Shown here: positions 18,378 through 27,208 of the stretch, in pieces
Layout of the letters: every line of letters begins with the position of its first letter
How positions within the stretch are numbered: the first letter of the stretch is position 1
From: a virus
Lineage: Duplodnaviria; Heunggongvirae; Uroviricota; Caudoviricetes
Virus record (IMG/VR): IMGVR_UViG_3300032007_000002
DNA: 64,000 nt
Reading direction: 5' to 3' (one strand)
Program-made: the position numbers and the translations under genes
Notes under the pieces: generated by a model
The model's input: only the letters and a program-made list of their open reading frames with translations
Database searches by the model: none
Told to the model about the DNA's origin: nothing

Positions 18378-19223
18378 TTAGACGAACCCCATGCTACCCA
18401 AGCTGCCCATCTGGGAGATTGCGCTTGCGACGTCCGGGTCGATGCCGTGCGGCATGGTGTCCGCGGCTTCGCCGAGACCGTAGGAAACGTTCGGGGTATG
18501 GAGGTCATACTTCATCGGGCTCGCCTTGGCTCCGCGGGAATATTCAATCGGCGCGTTCTCGCGGGACGGATATTTCGGGTTGTCGAGCTCGAAGGCGTGG
18601 TCGATGTCGTTGAGGGCGCTGTTGACCTTGTCCATGTCAAGATCGCCGTTTGCTTCCGGGTCAACGTCCATCATGTACGTACCGCTCTTCCCATGCAGGA
18701 AGTCTGAAATGGCCTCGGAAGTGATTTCGCGGATGTCGAAGTTGATGAAGTGGTTCATCACGGCATCGACGACTTCCGGGCGCATGCCCTGGACGGACTT
18801 GTAGATGAAGTTCTTCTTCTGCTGGTCGTTGAGTTCCTGCTTTACGTGCTCGCGCTCGGCATAGGCCTTCTTCAAGTTGATGTTGCACTGGGCAAGCTCC
18901 GCCTTCAAGCGCTTCGTGTCCTCGGAAACCGGGATGCCGGCGCTTTCGAGAAGGGCGGCCATGTCATGGACCAGCTTATACATCTTGTCGGTAAGGGCAT
19001 TGCCGCGCATGGTGTCCACGCTCTCGGTAATGGCCTGGTCAATCTTGCTCTCGGCCTTCGCGGATATGCTCTCGATAAGGGCGTTCAGCTTCTTGCCGGA
19101 CTTCTTGCGTTCGGACTCTATGGCGGCATTCATCTCCGCGGCGAACGCGGCTTCCAGCTTGGGCCCCACGGACTCGGGGAGCTTCGACATTTCTTCTTCT
19201 GTAAGTATGTCCTTCAATACCAT
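18378..19223 (-). CDS. gp22: Prohead core scaffold, T4 gp22-like
   Basis: Coiled-coil acidic protein directly after gp21; LPESVGPKLEAAFAA N-terminus. Confidence 0.6.
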   Translation of the reverse strand: MVLKDILTEEEMSKLPESVGPKLEAAFAAEMNAAIESERKKSGKKLNALIESISAKAESKIDQAITESVDTMRGNALTDKMYKLVHDMAALLESAGIPVSEDTKRLKAELAQCNINLKKAYAEREHVKQELNDQQKKNFIYKSVQGMRPEVVDAVMNHFINFDIREITSEAISDFLHGKSGTYMMDVDPEANGDLDMDKVNSALNDIDHAFELDNPKYPSRENAPIEYSRGAKASPMKYDLHTPNVSYGLGEAADTMPHGIDPDVASAISQMGSLGSMGFV

Positions 19224-19237
19224 TTCGGATTACCACC

Positions 19238-19984
19238 TTATCGAGCGCTCAAGGCTTCAATCAGCACGTTCTTGTCGAACGTATTGAAACCGGTGCGGAG
19301 TTTGTAGTTCTTGCAGAATTCCCTGCGGAAGTTTCTTGCACAGTCAACGGATTCCAGGAGAACCTGCTTGTCGCTCTGCATTGCGGCAACGGACTCCATG
19401 TAGGAATCGAAGATTGCCGCTTCGCCATAGGACGGGTTGCCCACGACGTCCACAGTGACGAGCGTATAGTCGTCGTTGACCTCGACCGGCCCGTCCTTCT
19501 TCTTGGGGTCGATGAGGTGGGCAGTCCCTGTGCCGCGGATAGAATAGCCCGGATGGTAGCCGGTACGGAGAAGGCCAGCAAGGCAGTCGCCAGCGGGCGT
19601 CCCTTCCGCGACGACCATTCGGCAAATCAGGTTCGGCCCTTCGAAATGGAGGTCCTCGATGACCGCGCAGGTCTTCCAGAGGTTCATCTCCATGATCGAG
19701 TAGTCGATAGGAATATTCTTCTTGTTGAGACGCGGGTGGTTCAACTCGGCGGCAAGACGCCCATACGGCACCTTGGTGCGGACGAGATATTCGACCTCGC
19801 GCTTGATAATCGGCAACGGGTACTTTCTGCCGTTGATGCCGATAGTATCACACACCAAACAGACACCATTGAGGATGATGCGCTTGCGGGGCTTACCGTC
19901 AAGGCCAATGCGGGAAAGCTCCTGCACCGTAACCGGGCGGTCAAGCGACTCGACAAAGTTCGTTGGTTTCAAAATCTGAGGCAT
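19238..19984 (-). CDS. gp21: Prohead protease, T4 gp21-like
   Basis: NGRKYP, AELNHP, TPAG, GYSIRGTG and VTVDVVGNPS motifs. Confidence 0.9.
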   Translation of the reverse strand: MPQILKPTNFVESLDRPVTVQELSRIGLDGKPRKRIILNGVCLVCDTIGINGRKYPLPIIKREVEYLVRTKVPYGRLAAELNHPRLNKKNIPIDYSIMEMNLWKTCAVIEDLHFEGPNLICRMVVAEGTPAGDCLAGLLRTGYHPGYSIRGTGTAHLIDPKKKDGPVEVNDDYTLVTVDVVGNPSYGEAAIFDSYMESVAAMQSDKQVLLESVDCARNFRREFCKNYKLRTGFNTFDKNVLIEALSAR

Positions 19985-20022
19985 CTTTCTGTCCGTTCAG
20001 GATTCGCCTGATAGTTTAGAAA

Positions 20023-20454
20023 CTAGGTTTCCGAATTTCCGCCCAGCATCGAGCAAAAGCCGTCGATTGCGTCGTCCGACGGGTTGTCTATGATGCCGTC
20101 GGCATCCGGGGTGTCGATTTCGGCAGTACCGAGGCCATCATCCACGGGAGCGACGGGTGCCGGCTCGGACGGGAGCCCGGGAGCGCTGTCGTTGAGTTTC
20201 TCGCTGCGGAAGATGTTTTCCAGCTCTTCCTCGCCGGGCTGCTTGCCCGGATCGACGTTGGCGTTATTGGCCACGTCGTGAATATCCGAGGCCGGGCGCT
20301 TGTATGAATTTGTGCCGACCTGGTCATGCAGGCGTCTCACGGCCTCATCGGAAGCCGACTCGAACTTGATGCGCTGTGCGTCGAGGACGAGACTGGCTAT
20401 TTTCGGCGACTCGGAAGCCGCCTCGATAAAGATGTCGAAACTTGAACGGGCCAT
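20023..20454 (-). CDS. Acidic hypothetical (possible head core) protein
   Basis: Late motif upstream; FIEAA/KFESA protease-site-like motifs. Confidence 0.6.
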   Translation of the reverse strand: MARSSFDIFIEAASESPKIASLVLDAQRIKFESASDEAVRRLHDQVGTNSYKRPASDIHDVANNANVDPGKQPGEEELENIFRSEKLNDSAPGLPSEPAPVAPVDDGLGTAEIDTPDADGIIDNPSDDAIDGFCSMLGGNSET

Positions 20455-20478
20455 GGTTTACCTTTTCGTTTGCACCCA

Positions 20479-20492
20479 TAGTTTATAAACTA
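20479..20492. promoter_or_regulatory. Overlapping divergent late promoters, palindrome TAGTTTATAAACTA
   Basis: Perfect 14-bp palindrome formed by two TATAAACTA copies between divergent genes. Confidence 0.75.
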
Positions 20493-20515
20493 CGTGCGGA
20501 ACAAGGAGTTAAATC

Positions 20516-20686
20516 ATGGACCACAAGACCCAGAAAAGGCTCATTACCGCCATCCTCAACGACGACGACAATGCCGTCCGCGAGATTGTTGACGTCTGTG
20601 TCGAGTCCGCATACAAGACCGCCGTCGCGAAAGCAGACCAGGCGTTCTTCGAGTCTATCGGCACCAGCGCCGCGCAGCCCATGTAA
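20516..20686 (+). CDS. Small prohead core protein, T4 gp67-like (56 aa, not in the ORF track)
   Basis: AAGGAG RBS; MDHKTQKRLITAILNDDDNAVREIVDVCVESAYK... resembles gp67 LIEAIKSND..A.R. Confidence 0.55.
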   Translation: MDHKTQKRLITAILNDDDNAVREIVDVCVESAYKTAVAKADQAFFESIGTSAAQPM

Positions 20687-20748
20687 ACCGGGCTTTTCGG
20701 CCTCCCACTTCTAAACTATTCACATCAAACACCAAAGTGGTTACGCAA

Positions 20749-21459
20749 ATGGCTATACCTGAACTCCCAATGTATGAAATGCCGACCGAAAGCGAGGTGT
20801 TCGCAATGATGGAAGCTGCCAAGAAAAAGGAATCCGAAGCAGCCAACACGAACAACGAACACCTTACCGATCCGTTCTGGTTCCCCGGCCAAAAGAAACT
20901 TGGCAGCGGCCCCTATACCGTGAACTCCATGCAGGGAGCGGTAAAGGTCCCGAAGGCCAACCTCCAAGGCAAGAATTACAACATCTTCCATGAAGATGCG
21001 CTCACCGACTGGCAGACAATCCTCCGCCGTCTCAAGGACAAGGCCAAGACTGTCAAGACCGGCTCCCCGAAGACCGATCCGTTCGGCACCGTCACCGTCG
21101 AAATCGGCGGCAAGACCGTTTCTGCGGCAAAGGTCGCCGAACAGTTGAAGGCTCTCCGCAAGACTTCCGTCACCGACAAGTCCGGCAAGACCGAGACGAC
21201 TACCGAAGAACTCGGCGTCCCGCTCAAGACCCAGGGCAAGACCAACACGCTCCCCGACAAGAGCGGCGCGGTAAAGGTGAAGGAACCCGGCAAGGAATGG
21301 GGCAACAACAAGGAAAAGAAGCTCGACTTCTTCGACCAGAAGAACGTGAAGACCTATACCAACGACGGGAAGGTAGTCACGGGCGAGTTCCCGGCAAACA
21401 AGCCGGTAAAGCTCCATGACAACAGCGGAGCGGTCAAAGTCCCGAAAGCAAAACTCTAA
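20749..21459 (+). CDS. Lys-rich late protein with GAVKVPKA-like repeats
   Basis: TCTAAACTA at 20710-20718; three GAVKV repeats. Confidence 0.65.
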   Translation: MAIPELPMYEMPTESEVFAMMEAAKKKESEAANTNNEHLTDPFWFPGQKKLGSGPYTVNSMQGAVKVPKANLQGKNYNIFHEDALTDWQTILRRLKDKAKTVKTGSPKTDPFGTVTVEIGGKTVSAAKVAEQLKALRKTSVTDKSGKTETTTEELGVPLKTQGKTNTLPDKSGAVKVKEPGKEWGNNKEKKLDFFDQKNVKTYTNDGKVVTGEFPANKPVKLHDNSGAVKVPKAKL

Positions 21460-21474
21460 TCGGCTGGAGGGGCT

Positions 21475-22149
21475 ATGCCGGTAACAGATACCCGCAGCAG
21501 GCCACTTGCCAGAAACCCGATGCTAGTGCACCAGGGGTTCTGGCGCATATTCATCGGCCCGCTTCCCGTGTCATACAAGGAAACCCGCAAGTCCCCCACC
21601 GACCCGTACACCTCCCCGGCAGCAGAATCGGTCAACGCGAACATCAAGAAGTTCGTGGCCCCGGGTCTCTCGCTCCATTACCAGAAGGAGCACCACTACC
21701 TGTTCAGCACGCGCATACCGGTCACCGAGAACAACCAGTTCGACAAGGTGCTCACCGTGAACATGTTCTGTGACAACAGGTACGAGAACTACTGGGCAAT
21801 CGACCGGTATTGCCGGACGGTCCAGGGAGGGCAGATTGGCGGCAATCCTATCAAGGACGTGAACCACAGGGTGTATAGCTTCGACAAGCGATACCGCAAC
21901 CGCCTTACCTGGATCCCCTTCGTGGAAATCCACGCCGCGGACGACGTGGCGCAGGAATACATGATATGGCGCTACGAGCGCTGCCGCATCACGGAGCTCA
22001 GCGACATCGACATCACGCCGGGCAACCTCGACGTGGCGACGTTCACAGTCTCGATGCAGTATGAAGACCGGAGGCTCATCAGGCTCCCGGAACCGAACGA
22101 ACTCATGACCGCGATATGCGTGTCAAACGGAACTGACAGGTACACATAA
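21475..22149 (+). CDS. Tail tube terminator, T4 gp3-like
   Basis: LTVNMFCD...ENY..I and ITELSDIDI.....ATFTVSMQY tube-fold pattern; near gp4. Confidence 0.55.
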   Translation: MPVTDTRSRPLARNPMLVHQGFWRIFIGPLPVSYKETRKSPTDPYTSPAAESVNANIKKFVAPGLSLHYQKEHHYLFSTRIPVTENNQFDKVLTVNMFCDNRYENYWAIDRYCRTVQGGQIGGNPIKDVNHRVYSFDKRYRNRLTWIPFVEIHAADDVAQEYMIWRYERCRITELSDIDITPGNLDVATFTVSMQYEDRRLIRLPEPNELMTAICVSNGTDRYT

Positions 22150-23468
22150 TGGCGGATAGAGGCCCACAGACCAATTCAGCAACCGGCAGCACCGGTGGAA
22201 GCGCGGCATACGCAGCGTCACAGGCCGCTACGCAGTCTGCCAATGCGCAGACGCTCAACTCCTACCGTCCGTTCCACGAACATTACTTCGCCGCGTTCTA
22301 CAAGTATGCACGCGGCCACATCCTCAACCGCTACAACGTAAGCCTGCAGGGCCCGTATGTCGAGGAGGCCCTCCGCGTGATGGACCTCAACACGAACATC
22401 GACCGCAACACCAAGGCAAAGAAGCTGGCCCACGGCCAGTTCCCGTTCAAGCACGAAGCCTTCAAGGCATGGCTCGACCTGCACTACGACTCGAGGAACC
22501 ACCTTCTCAACATGCTCTGGGTAAGCCAGGACGTTGACATCGGGCAGGCGAAGGCCAAGATAGACAATTTCACAATCGACTCGATCAAGAACTCCATGCC
22601 ATACCCGCTCATCACGAAGTATGAGGGGCCGGGCGTCCTGAAACTGAAAGTCATCGACGACCCGTATTTCATGTGGTATCAGTTCTTCAATGCGCTCTTC
22701 AACGTCCAGTTCTCCACGCGAGTGCTGAAAGCACGCAGCACCTTCCAGAAAATCCTGGTGTGCGTTGACGTCTATGGCGAAATGACCACCGCGATAGGTC
22801 CGGCGGAAAACGAAATGCAGCGGACCAACAAGGTCTATTACACATCGGACGACCTCGCCCAGGCGTTCGAGTTCAATTCCTGCGTCCTCGAAGCCGCGCC
22901 GAAGATGGGAACCCTCAAGAACCAGGAAAGCGGCGACTTCTACCAGTTCGACATTTCGTTCAAATACCCGAACACCTTCCAGGGTACGTCGAAGTGCGAG
23001 CTTCGCGGTCTGCGCGACAACACCATCGAGGGAAGCCTCGCCGTGGGCGTACAGGGCGTGGAGGAAGACGTGGGCTGCTTCAACCGTTCCTTCTTCGAGG
23101 AAAGCCGCCCGAACCGCAAGACGAACATCAACACGAAGGACGAGAACTCCTCGCTCAACGCGATTAGCCATACGTACTACGACAAGTCGTTCAAGGAAAA
23201 GCTGCTCCCGGCGTTCGGCAAGTTGCCGGCACAGCTGCAGCAATACCCGGAGAAACTCCCGAGCGGGCAGCCTGTCAAGAACAGCAAGCCGCAGGACGAC
23301 TCCAAGAACCCGCAGACGGACTGGCAGAAGAAGGCCCGGGACGCTTTCCCGGAATACCAGGTGGAAGACTGGGATCCGAAACGCCGCGACCCGAAGGTCT
23401 ATGCGCCGGGCAAGGCGCCCGTTACGCAGAACTCAGCCAGCCAGTGGGCGGGCGTCCCATATCCCTAA
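22149..23468 (+). CDS. Baseplate-tube initiator, gp54-like (tube fold)
   Basis: LKLKVIDD...QFFNALFN...FEFNSC...FYQFDISFKY. Confidence 0.45.
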   Translation: MADRGPQTNSATGSTGGSAAYAASQAATQSANAQTLNSYRPFHEHYFAAFYKYARGHILNRYNVSLQGPYVEEALRVMDLNTNIDRNTKAKKLAHGQFPFKHEAFKAWLDLHYDSRNHLLNMLWVSQDVDIGQAKAKIDNFTIDSIKNSMPYPLITKYEGPGVLKLKVIDDPYFMWYQFFNALFNVQFSTRVLKARSTFQKILVCVDVYGEMTTAIGPAENEMQRTNKVYYTSDDLAQAFEFNSCVLEAAPKMGTLKNQESGDFYQFDISFKYPNTFQGTSKCELRGLRDNTIEGSLAVGVQGVEEDVGCFNRSFFEESRPNRKTNINTKDENSSLNAISHTYYDKSFKEKLLPAFGKLPAQLQQYPEKLPSGQPVKNSKPQDDSKNPQTDWQKKARDAFPEYQVEDWDPKRRDPKVYAPGKAPVTQNSASQWAGVPYP

Positions 23469-24016
23469 ATAATCGTAGATTGCTTGAAGAGGTCGCCCAT
23501 GTTGGCCTCGGTCGCAACGAGCCAGTTGACTCCTTGCGCCTTGCACCACAGCATAGCGGCTTCCCATTTGGCCTGGTTCACCAGAACATCCATGTTCTTA
23601 CGGTCGAACGCGGCCATTTTCTTTTGGAACCGGGCCATCTTCTTGGGATCGGTAAGTCCACCCTTCGGAGGAGTTGGCGGTTTCGCTATGGTCGCATAGC
23701 TGTCCGGCTTAATCTCTATCAGATACCGGTCAACGAAACCGTCCTGATACTTGCACTCCAAATAGATGTCCGGCTTGTAAATCGACTGCCTCATATACAG
23801 AGGGGAGTAGTAGGAAATCCCGAACGGTTCGTAGCCCCACAGGGTCACGAAAGGGTTTACGTCACAGAGTATGAAGAACTTCTCCTCCCATGAAGACTTG
23901 AACACGGGAGGATCGATGTCGGGCATATACTTCTGCGGATTGCGCAGCTTGTATTCGCCCTTCTTGCAGTCGGTGTAGTAATTATGCTGTGACGACACTT
24001 GAATACCTCCGAGCAT
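23465..24016 (-). CDS. gp4: Head completion nuclease, T4 gp4-like (TnsA-type endonuclease fold)
   Basis: KSSWE, WGYEP...Y.SP, YKPD, LIEIKP and NQAKWEAA motifs. Confidence 0.9.
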   Translation of the reverse strand: MLGGIQVSSQHNYYTDCKKGEYKLRNPQKYMPDIDPPVFKSSWEEKFFILCDVNPFVTLWGYEPFGISYYSPLYMRQSIYKPDIYLECKYQDGFVDRYLIEIKPDSYATIAKPPTPPKGGLTDPKKMARFQKKMAAFDRKNMDVLVNQAKWEAAMLWCKAQGVNWLVATEANMGDLFKQSTII

Positions 24017-26000
24017 AGAACGCGCTCCGGGAACCCGCCTTCACGGAATAACCGGCAAATGCTGACGGAGAACTCAGCCTAGCCACACGGGCAGCGTCAT
24101 AGTCATCTTCAACCGTATAGGACGCAACGATTTCAGTCTCGTCAATTTCGAGATCCTTCCTGCCACCGGTAATAGGCATGTAGTCACCGGTGTCGCGGTA
24201 GGAAGTATCTACCGTCTCCATCATCGCCAGCAGCTCGTTGGCCTTCTCCAAGAACTTCGGGGAAGTCGCATACACGTTCATCAGGCGGATAAGCTGATAG
24301 AACTTCTCGACATAGAACGGCTCGCCGGCTGCGTGCATGTTTTCCATCATGGCGATGACCGCGTTCTCCGCGTTCACGTCCATCGGCTCGTCGCCGGAGT
24401 TCACCTCGTTCTCGGTGTCGGTATTGCCGTCAAGCGCAACGATGGTGGAGACCGGGTCCGGGGCGTTCGGCGGGAGCTCCCCGTTGTGCTCGGCCTTATA
24501 CTTCTCGATTTCGTCTTCAAGCGCGGCAGTGCTCTGGAACGCGGCCTCCTCGTCGGCAACCTCCCTGTCCTTCTTGGACTTCTTGATCCAGCTCATGATG
24601 AGGTCAATCGGGCTTTCCGGGTACATCGCGCGGAGCGTAGAATCGCGCGGGCTGAGGCCTTCGAGGTCGGCGTTAATGCACATCATGTAGATGTCGATTG
24701 CATAGGCGCTACGCCAATACTTGTCATCCAGGCGCAAGTCCTTGTAGATTTCCCTGCTCCGGCTCTTTACCTTCTCGCTGAAATTCGGGCAGGCATGCTT
24801 GAAGCAGTTGATCCATTGGCGGAACGAGTTAATCATGTCGATTACGGACATGCCGTAATACTTCTTGCCCTTCTTGTATTCCTCGGTATAGATGAGGAAG
24901 CACGCGAAGTTGCCCAGCGACTTGATGAAGCCGGTGACATCAATCTTGTAGCGGAGCATCTCGGCATACTTCTTGATGAGGCAGCGGAGCGGCTTGATGA
25001 GCTTGTTGTACACATAGACTATCCACGATTCGAGGTAGCCGAAGGCCATGTCCACATACTTCTTCAAGTAGTTCCGATACATCTTGTCAACGGCGTTGGT
25101 CAGGTTCACCGGCGTAAGGAACGGGAACTTGTCCTCGATACACTTCACGATAGCGGCCGGGTTGTTCCTGATGTCGTTGCCGAAGTCGTCTTCCTGGCAC
25201 CCGGTCAGCGCGGCAATCACTCGTGCGACGCACGGGCAGTCCTGCATAAGCTCGATGAGAGAACTCCAGTCGATGCTGATGCCGATGATGGCAGCACGTT
25301 TCAGGAAACCGGCAAGGTCGCGAAGGACATCCAGTATGCAGTTCTTGACCGCTTCCGACAGGTTGATTAGCGTATTCTCGACACGTTCAAGCATTGCGTC
25401 GATGCGCTTGAAGATGACGAACGCCCCCTTCACGACAACCTCGATATAGCCGTCAACGGTTCCCCAAATCTTGGCAAGCATGTCACATATTTTCTGGACG
25501 AAGTCGGAACCCGCCATGCCGGTAGAAAGCGACACGCCGGTACTCAACCCGTTCATGAAGTTGACACCCTTGTTGAGGAGCGACACAGCCTGCTTGAACA
25601 TGGGGACATTGTCCTCCATGAACTTGAACACCACGTCGCCGCAGTCCACCGCGTTAATCGCGTCGGTGGCATTGTTCATTGATTTAATTGCAGCGCTGTT
25701 CTCGACAGACTGCGCAAACGAATCCAGATACTCGTAAAGGTTCTTCCCGGTCTTCTTCGTCTCGGCCTTCGCGGTCGCGCTTTCCGTCTTGCCGGAAGTT
25801 GACGACGCGGTAGAGACGGCAGACGAGCCATCGCTGGACTTGACCGCAGCGACGGACGCGGATGCGCCCACGCCGGCAGACACGCCGGAACCGGACGAGG
25901 AACTGCGCGTCCTCGCGGCACGCCCGGAAGCACCCGCCTTGCCCGAAGCGGAAGCCGCGTTCTCCTTCGGCAAACATCCTTCGTTCTTAGTTCCTGCCAT
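23982..26000 (-). CDS. Helical Cys-containing baseplate-region protein (672 aa)
   Basis: Long ORF immediately downstream of gp5; function not recognised. Confidence 0.55.
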   Translation of the reverse strand: MAGTKNEGCLPKENAASASGKAGASGRAARTRSSSSGSGVSAGVGASASVAAVKSSDGSSAVSTASSTSGKTESATAKAETKKTGKNLYEYLDSFAQSVENSAAIKSMNNATDAINAVDCGDVVFKFMEDNVPMFKQAVSLLNKGVNFMNGLSTGVSLSTGMAGSDFVQKICDMLAKIWGTVDGYIEVVVKGAFVIFKRIDAMLERVENTLINLSEAVKNCILDVLRDLAGFLKRAAIIGISIDWSSLIELMQDCPCVARVIAALTGCQEDDFGNDIRNNPAAIVKCIEDKFPFLTPVNLTNAVDKMYRNYLKKYVDMAFGYLESWIVYVYNKLIKPLRCLIKKYAEMLRYKIDVTGFIKSLGNFACFLIYTEEYKKGKKYYGMSVIDMINSFRQWINCFKHACPNFSEKVKSRSREIYKDLRLDDKYWRSAYAIDIYMMCINADLEGLSPRDSTLRAMYPESPIDLIMSWIKKSKKDREVADEEAAFQSTAALEDEIEKYKAEHNGELPPNAPDPVSTIVALDGNTDTENEVNSGDEPMDVNAENAVIAMMENMHAAGEPFYVEKFYQLIRLMNVYATSPKFLEKANELLAMMETVDTSYRDTGDYMPITGGRKDLEIDETEIVASYTVEDDYDAARVARLSSPSAFAGYSVKAGSRSAFYARRYSSVVTA

Positions 26001-26007
26001 ATTCTAC

Positions 26008-27204
26008 CTACATGATATGCCGGGCCATCGTAAGGCTCGGACTGGGAATGCCATCAAACGAATCCGGGGTCACGAGAGGCAAGCTCCCGTTGCCGGAGTT
26101 CTTACGGACATGGTTTACAATGTCCGCGACTATCTTCTTCTGGTAGTCGGTGTAATTGTCCATCGCACCGCCCACGACCTGAATGACCACGGCGCCCTCA
26201 TTGGCCTTGTCGCCGCTAATCTTGTAACTGCTGAACATGCCGGCATCGTTGCCGATTTCGACCAGCTGGACGAACCCGTCAGTACCGGATCCATCGGCGT
26301 CGTCGAGAGAAATCTGCCCCTCGTTCTTGCCGACGATGAAATGCACACAGGAATTGGTCTTCATCGAGTCCGTGATGGCCTTGCCGATACCGGCACCCTG
26401 CGTGTGGCAAATGAGGATGCGCGTATATACCTTGTCCGTGCGCTTGATATAGCGCTCGGTAGCGTGTAACTCGACCTGGACCGGTCCGTCAACGCCGTCG
26501 ATTGTGCGCAAGTCGGCCTCGCTGCTCAGCTGGGCTTCCTCCGGCTTCGGCTCCGGCGGAGGTTCCACCGTCCCGGTCCCGTTGAACGTATCGACGGTGA
26601 GCTGCGAGATGTGAGAAATCCCGAGATACTCGGAACCCTGCCCGATGCCGGTGTTCGCGCGGTTGTTGCCTACGGGCATGCAGGTAAAAATGTCAATCGT
26701 CGCTTCGGTCAGGACCTGCTGCACATTGGCGCCATTTCCTTCCTTGGCGCCCATGCCCGCCTGCGCGTATGCGGTATTGCACTCCAGTTCGACCATGCCA
26801 GCGGCATCCCACGTCACCCGCGTATCGTTTCCCGCGTTCCTGATTTCGGACACGTGCGTGTTGCGGTTGTGGGTGTAGAAGTAATTGTCCTCGCCGAGGT
26901 TAGCCACGGCCACGTCCGGGTATTCGTTCACATAGTCAACGGGAAGTATGCTCGGGGTCGCCGACATGCCGTAGTAACGGCCACAGTTGATGTCCCCGCG
27001 GTCGAAACGGACGCGGAGGAAATAGCCCTTCTGCGGAACCTGCTGCATGCCGCCAGTGAGCGCAGGATAGACATACGGCTGCTCGGAATCGTCCCAAGCA
27101 TCCGTAATGCCGCAAACCTTGACGCGGACCGCGCCACGGTGCATCGCGTCCTGGCTTCCGCCGACAACTTCGCAGATGTAATAGTCTTCTTCAAGTTTCC
27201 GCAT
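26008..27204 (-). CDS. gp5: Baseplate spike, gp5-like OB-fold plus C-terminal Amidase_2-like domain
   Basis: D...RGAVRVKVCGI and VPQKG...RVRF..GDIN OB-fold; RILICHT...VHFIVGK...QLV...YTDYQ amidase pattern. Confidence 0.7.
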   Translation of the reverse strand: MRKLEEDYYICEVVGGSQDAMHRGAVRVKVCGITDAWDDSEQPYVYPALTGGMQQVPQKGYFLRVRFDRGDINCGRYYGMSATPSILPVDYVNEYPDVAVANLGEDNYFYTHNRNTHVSEIRNAGNDTRVTWDAAGMVELECNTAYAQAGMGAKEGNGANVQQVLTEATIDIFTCMPVGNNRANTGIGQGSEYLGISHISQLTVDTFNGTGTVEPPPEPKPEEAQLSSEADLRTIDGVDGPVQVELHATERYIKRTDKVYTRILICHTQGAGIGKAITDSMKTNSCVHFIVGKNEGQISLDDADGSGTDGFVQLVEIGNDAGMFSSYKISGDKANEGAVVIQVVGGAMDNYTDYQKKIVADIVNHVRKNSGNGSLPLVTPDSFDGIPSPSLTMARHIM

Positions 27205-27208
27205 CAGT

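Noticed and set aside
23465-24016. TnsA-like nuclease as a transposon
   Set aside because: Matches T4 gp4 head-completion protein in baseplate context; no transposase partners or terminal repeats seen
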